DNA of 43,293 nucleotides from contig JBMYOQ010000035.1 in the NCBI GenBank assembly GCA_049599475.1, positions 1 through 43,293 on the forward strand, in the 5' to 3' direction. This DNA comes from Opitutales bacterium. Lineage in GTDB: Bacteria; Verrucomicrobiota; Verrucomicrobiia; Opitutales; JABSRG01. A program made the position numbers and the translations under genes. Below the pieces are notes generated by a model. The model did not search any database. It had not been told where the DNA came from and worked only from the letters and a program-made list of their open reading frames with translations. Every line of letters starts with the position of its first letter. Position 1 is the stretch's first letter. Positions 10,301 through 19,700 of this stretch are shown here, piece after piece.

Positions 10301-10588
10301 CAACCGCCTGCACTGTTCAGCACCGTGGATGAGGAAACCCTGCCCACGGGCACACGCTCAGTCGACGCTATGAACACAGATTTCCCGTGGTTTGGAAAAA
10401 GGACCAAATATCCGCTCGGAGAAATGACGATCGAAACCAATCAAAGCGGTTTTGCGACCAATGCCATCTTCACCGAAAAACTGGTAAACCACGGGGCCGG
10501 ACTCCAAGCCCTCCTGGCCCTTCAAGGGATCGATTTTGAAGGCGAGAAAAACCCTTTCTCGGCAACACAAAGCGCGGAGTATTATTGA
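7316..10588 (+). CDS. Large Sel1-like repeat protein with N-terminal membrane anchor and possible degenerate TonB-C-like end
   Basis: N-terminal TM. Sel1 motifs include GDAEAQYELGLAYYEGINVLQDKDLALNYLQLAARQDHPEA and AADSGNGEAQY. Coupled to the S9 gene by TAATG. Confidence 0.85.
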   Translation: MKPAIRASAILLAVLSIVAGAYWAFQHGPLASERTLLKNAAKSGSPSDKRAFALYLANPEYQESPDDLNLAHTLLKELADAGDNTSIEILALAYLTGDPFPEDQALGWELAQSAKMENPELAERVALDDASPLPEATRILALEKAADSGNGEAQYMYARHLKETLGVESKKYLAWLQEAAFSEIPQAMVDYAFHGLPEEQSITSDIGRFNWLMRAAEKGYLEAEQKIVGLYLEDDILTSRERGIEKLNAQGLELGLAQAKLHQGKILLIKGQVKEAAEMLEQGITRPDHGDYLKLLITVYLDKENGDWSPIKAQIWTHVAERMLGAPVMDISNYVALDVIDAFEARWKSLQILNRIGQPVTNGLSPDLLKTDFADLSPYFEERSGTTSPSQDAIFQAAIDLNISGIPHALSYPLFQYAAHSDNLNYAIHYAKVLYEMGDHRSALVYLKPASNPTLETLKYQLSVAHNYAINQEESQGPKQAKAWWELVADLAVLGRERHPAEFVFEKTIQILIDESKVTHTEKLDAFEASYLEHHTDPPAELLFRVAERKYSDALLRGTSQKRASGAVLPLYQQAVDKGHASALARLIECYHHQGEHNSGHLRARELTATALEADQPVGLFFSGYLDLFGYDRIGNPRDLAFAVERMREAAEAGLDLAKAYFIDLSPSFDVTRGSERYSVNKIYQSIAERDADQLAEALRARISHAGLNPPGRLVDWINLIKDIDEATGWREAISLYSNSDFPLSDPLMIIRANEALADLGDAEAQYELGLAYYEGINVLQDKDLALNYLQLAARQDHPEAVRALKSYGTVQTAQSFDQSQNTVTLLRTTQDLTSAVFPVMPYTIDEQVIVPVFESEGKARKFSNKRRRLDKFEPNIAFLADKRGQFAEGMIKIQDFRHLTPFMYGQGYGYFTGVSPRYVLEFSPDRDHRDLWLCVVNRSSNNQEQKTLWKRVGRTRAGKSESVVLRDPLFQSKVYAADVHFFDSGKEVRSTHRSQPPALFSTVDEETLPTGTRSVDAMNTDFPWFGKRTKYPLGEMTIETNQSGFATNAIFTEKLVNHGAGLQALLALQGIDFEGEKNPFSATQSAEYY

Positions 10589-10784
10589 TTTCGGGCCTGG
10601 CTACGCTTCGTTTTATTTGAAAACAATTCCAGCTTTTCAGCGCAAATTGCCAAGGATTGCTCAAGAAAATGCCTCAAACAGCGTATTTTCTGCCCCCGCG
10701 ACAGGGATTTTATCCAAATAATGTGCTAAACCTGCGCATTTGTTAAAAATCACCCTCGATTCCCCGAATTTTGTAGGTCCAGGA

Positions 10785-13700
10785 ATGAGCCTACGAAACC
10801 CCATCGGAGACCGGACAAAAAGAGCCCTCGTCTATCTCCAAACCCTAGCCCTTATTTTCACTTCGAGCCACCCGGTTCTCATCGCTAATCCTAGCGGCGC
10901 AACCGTAGTGTATGGCAATGCTGTATTCAACGACAACGGCCCAGAGCTGACCGTCCAACAAAACGGCCAACAGCTCATCATCGACTGGCAGGATTTCTCC
11001 ATCGATGCCGGCGAAGTCACACGCTTCGTTCAACCCTCTACGACAGCTTCAGCCCTGAATCGCGTAGTCTCGGGAAACCTTTCGGAGATCTACGGCCAAC
11101 TAGACGCCAACGGCGAGATTTTCCTGATCAATCCAAATGGTGTTATCATCGGTGAGAGCGCTCAGATTGATGCGGCATCCTTCACCGCATCTACCCTCGA
11201 CATCGAAAATACAGATTTCCTGGACGGCGGAAACAGGACATTTCGCGCCACGGGCACGGTCTCCGGACATATCATCAATATGGGCCGCATCGAAGCAATC
11301 AGCGGGGACATCACTCTGATTTCAGAAGTCATCACCCAATCCGGTGAACTCATCGCATCCCAAGGATCGGTTGATCTCGCAGCGGGCCGCGAGGTGATAG
11401 TCCAACCCGACAGCGATAAACGCATTTTCATCAGCCTCCCGAGCGACGAGGCCTCAATAGACAATACCGGATCCATCGAAGCTGCGCGCGCGGAAATCGT
11501 TGCCGCTCACAGCAATCCATACGCCCTGGCCATCAACCAAGACGGCGTCGTGCGCGCGACAGGGACACAAGCAGTCAACGGCGAAATCTGGCTCGTCGCA
11601 GACGGCGGCACAGTCGCCATGACAGGCCAACTCGACGCATCCAACGCAGACAGCTCAGGCGGAGACATCCTGGTAACGGGTTCCCAAACCGGCATTTACG
11701 ATGGCGCCCAAATCCGCGCGGACGGAGACGGCGCCGACGGCGGCCAAGTCCTCATCGGTGGAAGCAGACGCGGCACCGACGATTCTATTTTCCATTCCGA
11801 TCGCACCTACATCGCGGAGGGTGCTCAAGTATCAGTCGACGCTTCCGGCGCAGATAGCACAGCCGGCACCCTGATCGCCTGGGGGAATGAAACTCTACGC
11901 TCTTTTGGCCAACTCAGTGCCCGCGGCGCGGGCTACGCAAGTGGAGGCTTCATCGAAACCAGCGCCGGTTGGTTCGACCTGGGAAGCAGTGTGGCCGATG
12001 TGAGCTCCGATTTCGGCCAAAGCGGCGAGTGGCTCATCGACCCCTACAATATTGTAATCAATGATGGAGGCCTGGATGAATTTGGCGACACCACCAACCC
12101 TTTCGACAATCCAAATACCGACGACGCCCAGATCGACGTAGATACCCTCATTGCTGCCCTCACCAGCGGATCCGGAGTCACCGTAACCGTAGAAACAGGC
12201 GCGTCTGGCTCCCAGGATGGCGATATAACGTTTGCGGCAGATCTAGATTACAACGGGATCGGCACCGGAGACACCCTCTGGCTGCGTGCTGCCAACGACA
12301 TCCTATTCAATGCGGGCATCGCGATCACCGATAGTTCCGGAGCCGACGATAGCCTCAACCTCGTCTTTCAATCTGACTCGGATGGTTCGGGTGCGGGAGC
12401 CATCAGTACAAACGGGGCCACCACGCTATTCACCCAAGGTGGAGAAATAATCTTTTCCGGAGGCAATTACAGCACACTCGACGATTTGCGCACGCTCGGA
12501 ATGGCTCAAGGAAACCCTTCGCGAACCAACGGCATCTACATCCATGAGGCACGTTTCGACACCTCAGGCGGAAATGTCACCTTGCGCGGAAATGGGACAA
12601 CACAACACGGCGTAAAGCTCGACAACGACTCCTACATCCATACCGGCTCCGGCAACATCACGCTCTACGGCATCTCAAGTAGTGGAAACGGTGATAAAGG
12701 CGTGACCCTGGAAGGGGTCACCATCACCGCAAATGGAGGCGATCTCAACTTCACCGGCTTCGGACTCAGTAATAATAACAATCAAGATAAATTTGCACAC
12801 GGCGTAGATATAGCCGATGGATCATCGATCACTCTCACTGGAGATTCCACTTTCACCATCACGGGAACTTCCAGCCAGGCGTCAAACGATGACCAAAATT
12901 ACGGCGTCAACGTGTCGGGAAGCGGAACTACTATCTCTATTGAGAACGGAAACCTGGCAATCACGGGCACCGGCGGTCTCGATGTGGGTGGATACGGGAT
13001 TTATCTCGGAGACGGCGCCAGCATCCAATCCACCGGCACAGGCGACATAAGCCTCACAGGCACCAGCAACGGCACCTCCGAGGGCATCTATTCAAGCCAT
13101 ACGTCTGCATTCACTTTAGGCGGCGCATCCATGACCGGCGATATCTTCCTAAGCGCTGGCACCACTGGCGGAAGCGATAGCATACTTCTGGATTCCGATC
13201 TCAATATTCAGACCAGCGGATCCATTACACTCCAAAGCGAAACCGCGAGCGATACGATAGGCCTCGGAGATAGCGCAACAGGCACCTTAAACCTCGACGC
13301 CACCGAGCTCAGCACCCTCGCAGATGGCGCCGCCACCATCATTTTCGGCCGCACCGACGGCACCGGCAGTATCGATGTCGAGGCACTAACCTTCACCGAC
13401 GATGTGCTCATACAATCCGATACTGGCATCATCGACTTCGACGGCGCTTTCAGTGTCGGTTCAAACGACCTGGGGCTCGATACTGATGGCGCCATTACAC
13501 AAACCGGAGCGATCACCGCAGCCGGGATAGTCATCACCGGAAGCGGCGACCATTTCCTGGAAAATGCCAGCAACGATGCAGACACCATCGCCGGCAGTGG
13601 GGGAAATCTCGCCTTTGCAGACACCGACGATCTATCCATCGGAAGCGTCACCATCAATGGCACCACGACCAACGGCATCAATGTCGGAGCCAATAATCTC

Positions 13701-16700
13701 GCGCTAGCGACCGAAGGTGCTCTCACGCAAACCCAGGCTATAATTGCCTTTGGCTTGGGCTTGAGAGGCTCTGGCACCAAGACCCTAACAAATAGCTCAA
13801 ACGACGTAGACGAATTGGGGGCATTCGGAGGGGTACTAGAGTATGTTGACGCCGACGACCTCACCATAGCAAGAACCACCGTAAACAGCACCCTTCACGA
13901 CGCCCTAGAAGTTGTCGGAGACGTTACCATAACAGCCGGCGACGACCTTATATTCAGCAATGATAGCAATTTCGATGGAAACGGCAGCGGCAACACATGG
14001 TGGTTCCGCGCCTACGAGGACATTAACCTCAATGCGAATGACTCAATTTCGGATGGATCAGGTAGTGATGATTCCATTACAGTTGTATTTCAATCCGACT
14101 ATAATAACTCAGGAACTGGGGGCATCAACCTATCGAGCGATTCACTCATCTCGACAAATGGCGGTGAGGTAATCATGTCTGGAGGTAATGGCTCCACACT
14201 AGCAGATCTAAGAACAAGCGGCTTCGCAAGGACTGGAGCAAACAATAGTGGCCGTGGTTTTCGCACCGCTGGCGGTGATATAGACGCGGGCACGGGGAAT
14301 ATAACTATCCGAGGACAAGGAGATACCAACGATGGTATCTTCATTAACAGCGGTTCCAGCATATCCACCACCACCGGCTCTATCACAATCGTCGGAGACA
14401 GCAACAGCGACAACGATAACGGTATCGATATTGCAGGGGCGTCCACAATCACTTCTAGCGGCGGAATCGTTAGCATAACAGGCACGACAACTTCTGACAA
14501 TTCTGGAGGAAACCAGACTGCTCATGGTATCGAAATTTTTGGAGGGTCTACGATCAATCTTACCGGTACCGCAACACTCAGCATCGACGGTACAGGTAGC
14601 CAGCAGGTAAACGATGACCGGAACTACGGAATCTATCTCTATGGGACCGGAACAGGCATCTCTGTAGAAAACGGCGATATGGCCATCACAGGAACTGGCG
14701 GTGTAAATACCGAGAGCTACGGTATTTACTTAGGAGAAGATATTTCCATCGCCTCCACAGGAACCGGAAACATCACCCTTACCGGAACCAGTACTGCGGA
14801 GGCAGGCATCTACTCGGAAACGACTGCGGCATATACACTTGGAGGGGCATCCATGAGCGGGGATATAACTCTGATTGCAAACACCACGAGCGCTGGAGAC
14901 AGCATCGTGATCGACTCAGATCTCACCCTCCAAACTTCCAGCAACATTATATTCCAATCCGGAGTCGCCAGCGACACCATGGGCCTTGGAGACACCTCTA
15001 CTGGCTTGTTCAACCTGGATACCACCGAGCTCGGCACAATTGCGGACGGTGCGGCAACGATCATCTTCGGCCGCACCGATGGCAGCGGCAATATAGATGT
15101 CGAGACCCTCACCTTTACAGATGACGTATTGTTACAATCGAACACGGGTACAATCGATTTCGACGGAGCCATCAGCGTAGGAACAAACGACCTCGGACTC
15201 GATTCAGACGGAGCCATTACGCAAACCGGTGCTATCACTGCGGGTGGACTCGTAATTTCAGGTAGCGGCGATCATTTTCTGGAAAATAGCAGCAACGATG
15301 TAGACACCTTGGCAGCAACAGGTGGCAACCTTAGTTTCGTGGACTCGGACGGCTTCAATATCGGCAGTGTTACGATAAATTCGGCGACAACGAATGGAAT
15401 CGACGTAGGTTCAAATGATCTCAGCCTGGATTCAGACGGAGCCATTACACAATCCAGCGCGATAACCGCTGGCGGCCTCGTCATTTTGGGAAGCGGCGAC
15501 CACTTTCTGGAAAACACCAGCAACGATGTAGACACCATCGCCGGAAGCGGCGGCAATCTCGCCTTCGCAGATACAGATGATTTAGTCATCGGAAGCGTCA
15601 CCGTCAATAGCACCACAACCAATGGCATCAACGTTGGCGCGAACGATGTAGCATTCGACACAGCAGGCGCACTCACCCAAACGCAAGCAATCATCGGCGA
15701 CGAGCTTGGCCTTCGCGGCAACGGGACAAAAACACTTACCAACAGCTCAAACAATGTAGTCGAAATCGGAGCGATCGAGGGGTCTATCAACTATTTCGAT
15801 ACAGATGATCTATTAATCGGTCATACAACTATCAATACAACGACGCATAATGCGCTCGAAGTAATCGGCGATGTAACCATAACCTCAGGAGCCGAGCTAC
15901 AGCTCGGCAATGATAGCGACTTCGACGGTAACGGCAGCGGGAACACTTGGTGGTTCCGTGCGCATGAAGACATTCAATTTAATTCAGGAGATGTAATCTC
16001 TGACGAAACAGGCAGCGACGACTCCATTAATGTCTACCTCCAGTCAGATTACGACAACTCTGGAACTGGAGGTATCAACTTCGCAGGCGGCGCGGGCATC
16101 ACTACCAACGGCGGTGAAATCATCCTTTCGGGAGGCAACGGCGCAACAGCTGCAGACCTCCGCACAACCGGATTTGCTCGCCAAGGATCAAACAACAGCG
16201 GAAGAGGTATTCGTATGAGCGGAGCGACTCTGGACTCTGGCGCCGGCAACATCACGGTCCGTGGCCTCGGAGGGACAGGCTCAGGAATAAGGCTCCTATC
16301 AGGAGCCGATATATCTTCGACCACAGGATCCATCACCATAGTCGGCGATAGCGACAGCACTAACGACAACGGGATAAGCATGGATTCTTCAGCATCTATC
16401 TCATCTGCTGGAGGCGCCGTCAGCTTAACCGGCACTACCGATTCCGAAAATACGGGTGGCACCAAGACAGCCAACGGCATTTCAATCAGCGAGGGAACCA
16501 CAATTATCCTTACCGGTGCTTCAACACTCACCCTTGATGGCACCGCCAGCCAACAAGTAAACGACACGCGCAACTACGGTATTTATTTAAACGGCACTTT
16601 GGGCGCCGTCACCTTATCTGTAGAAAACGGCGATATGACAATAAACGGTGTAGGCGGCGTAAACTCCGAAGGCTACGGCGTGTATATCGGGGAAGGCTCT

Positions 16701-19700
16701 ACGGTTGCGTCGACGGGCACTGGAAACATAAGTATCACTGGCACAAGTACAACAGACGCCGGAATATACAGTGAATCAACAACAGCGGTGAGCATCGGAG
16801 GCGCCTCAACTTCGGGGGACATCACCTTTACGGCCAATACAACCAGTGCTGGAGACAGCATCATCCTCGACTCGGACATAACGATACAAACCTCTGGAAA
16901 TGTTGCCTTTCAATCGGGAGTCGCCAGCGACACTATGGGACTCGGAGACAGCGCTACGGGCCTTTTCAACTTAGACGCCACTGAACTCGGCACAATCGCC
17001 GACGGCGCCGCTAATATAATCTTCGGCCGCTCCGACGGATCCGGCGCTATCGACATAGAAGCCCTCACATTCACCGATGACGTCTTGATACAATCGGACT
17101 CAGGCACTATCGACATCGATGGCGCACTCAGCGTTGGCACCAACGATCTCGCCATCAGTAGCAATGCATCCCTTACCCAAAGCGCCGCAATCACTGCTGC
17201 TGGCTTACAACTCTCCGGAAGCGGCACAAAAATCCTTACCGACGCATCCAACGGTTTGGATACGCTTGCAGCGACAGGCGGAGAGCTATCCCTTACAGAT
17301 CTGGATGATCTCATTATCGGAAGCGTAACAGTCAACGGGACAACTCTAAACGGAATTAATCTCGACGCCAGCCAGGGACTACACCTAGAAACCGCTGGAG
17401 CCGCCACGCAGACGCAAGCGATTACTGCTACGAATTTAATCCTCAGCGGAACTGGCTCCAAGACACTTACCAACACTTCTAACGACATAGACGATCTTGC
17501 GGCATATGGAGGAAGTGTTGAATTTTCCGATACAGATGAGATCACCGTAAACAGTGTGACTGTAAACGGGACTACTGTCACGGGCTTGGTGCTTACAGGC
17601 GATAGCATCATAGATGCGCTGGGTGGAGACTTACGGATGTCTGCAGACAGCAATTACAACGGTACCGGAGCAGGCAATACACTATGGCTGCGCGCTTCCG
17701 ATGACATTCCGTTCGATGCCAACGTAAATATCTACGACAGCGCCGGATCGACCGAATCTCTATCAGTATATCTCCAATCAGATTCCGATGGCAGCGGAGA
17801 CGGAAATATAGACCTCGACACGGGCTCGAGCATTGAAAGCAACGGAGGCGAAATCATCCTATCTGGCGGCAATTATGCAACCCTGGCAGATCTGCGCAGT
17901 CTCGGGTCCGCACAGGGAGGTGTCGGAGCCCTGGGCGTTCAAGTAAACGGCACACTCAACTCTGAAACCGGAAACATCACCGCCCGCGGTACGGGTGGAA
18001 CTGGAGCAGGCGTATGGCTAAACGGCGCCACAGTCGACTCAACCACAGGCGACATCACAATCTACGGTACCGCTTCGAATAATTCAACGGGGATATTCCT
18101 ATCAAACGCAGCATCAGTGACTAGCGACGGCGGAGCCGTTTCGATCACGGGCATCGGGGACAGCGATAACCTCGGGGGCTCTACCTCCGCGCACGGCTTT
18201 AGTATTTATGATGCTTCAACCATAACACTGACAGGCGACTCAACTCTAGATATTTCTGGAACGGCCAGCCAGCAACTCAATGACACAAACAACATCGGTG
18301 TCAGAATTTCCGATACAGGGACAGCACTTTCAGTAGAAAACGGAGATATGACGATTACCGGAACCGGAGGATACAGTACAGTGGGTTACGGTATATTTTT
18401 CTCATCAGAAGCGAGTATCAGATCCACGGGCACCGGAGATGTGTATCTAGACGGAGTTAGCAGCGGAGACGAAAGAGGCATCTGGACGAATTCATCCACC
18501 ACCCTAACCCTCGGAGACGCCAGCATGACCTCCGACATTTACCTCACTTCGAGCACGACCAGTGGCACCGATGCCATTCGAATCGATTCAGACTTAACGA
18601 TTGATACATCTGGCACCGTCTACCTAAGACCTGGAGACACTACCACGACTATTGGGCTAGGCCCTTCAGCGACAGGAATTTTCAGCCTAAACGCCGGTGG
18701 ATTGGGAGTCATCGACGACGGGGTCACGGCGATTGTAATAGGGCGAACAGATAGCACTGCCAGTATGGACCTCCGAGCACTCACCTTAACCGACGATATC
18801 GTCTTACAATCCGGTTCCGGGAGTATCAATTTCGCTTCATCATTTAACGTGGGCACCAACTATCTTACGATCAATAGCGGAGGAGCCGTCACTCAAAGTG
18901 GCGCCATCACAGCCGCCGGACTCCAAGTGCTCGGAAGCGGAACCAAGACCCTCGACCACGCCTCGAACGCGATCGATGAAGTCGCAGGATCCGGAGGCGC
19001 ACTCGAGCTCTACAATTCCGGCGCTCTGGATCTCGGAGAAGTCACCGTAAACGGTGTGACCTCAACGGGACTTTCAATTTCAGGCGACACCCTTCTCACA
19101 GCAGCTGGGGGTGATTTAGATATTACAGAAGACTCCGACTACAATGGTACCGGGGCCGGAAATACAATGTGGCTGCGCGCGAGCGAAGTTATCAGGTTCA
19201 ATACCGCCAAAGACATTCGGGATAGTTCCGGTTCGGGAGACAGCATCAACCTCGTTTTCCAGTCTGACTACGATGGCGATGGTGAAGGCAGCTTCGATAC
19301 CAACGGCGTGACCAACATCAATACACAAGGGGGCGAGATCATTGTCTCTGGTGGGTCCGGAGCGACTCTCAACGATCTGCGGACGACAGGCTCTGCCCAA
19401 GGCTTGAGCGGAGACGCCTGGGGAGTTTACATGAATGATGCGCGCATTTACACCGAAGGCGGGGACATCACCATACGCGGAAACGGAAGTGTCCAGGATG
19501 GCGTAAAACTCAACGACGGCTCTATCCTGGACTCTGGCTCAGGCAGTATCACCATATACGGGACTACAGATGGTGCCGACGATACCGGCGTAGAGTTCGA
19601 GGGCGTGACGATCAACTCAAGCGGAGGCGATGTCTCCATAACAGGCTTCGGAGAAAGTAATAACAACAATACCGATCGATTCGCAAACGGGGTGTCCTTC

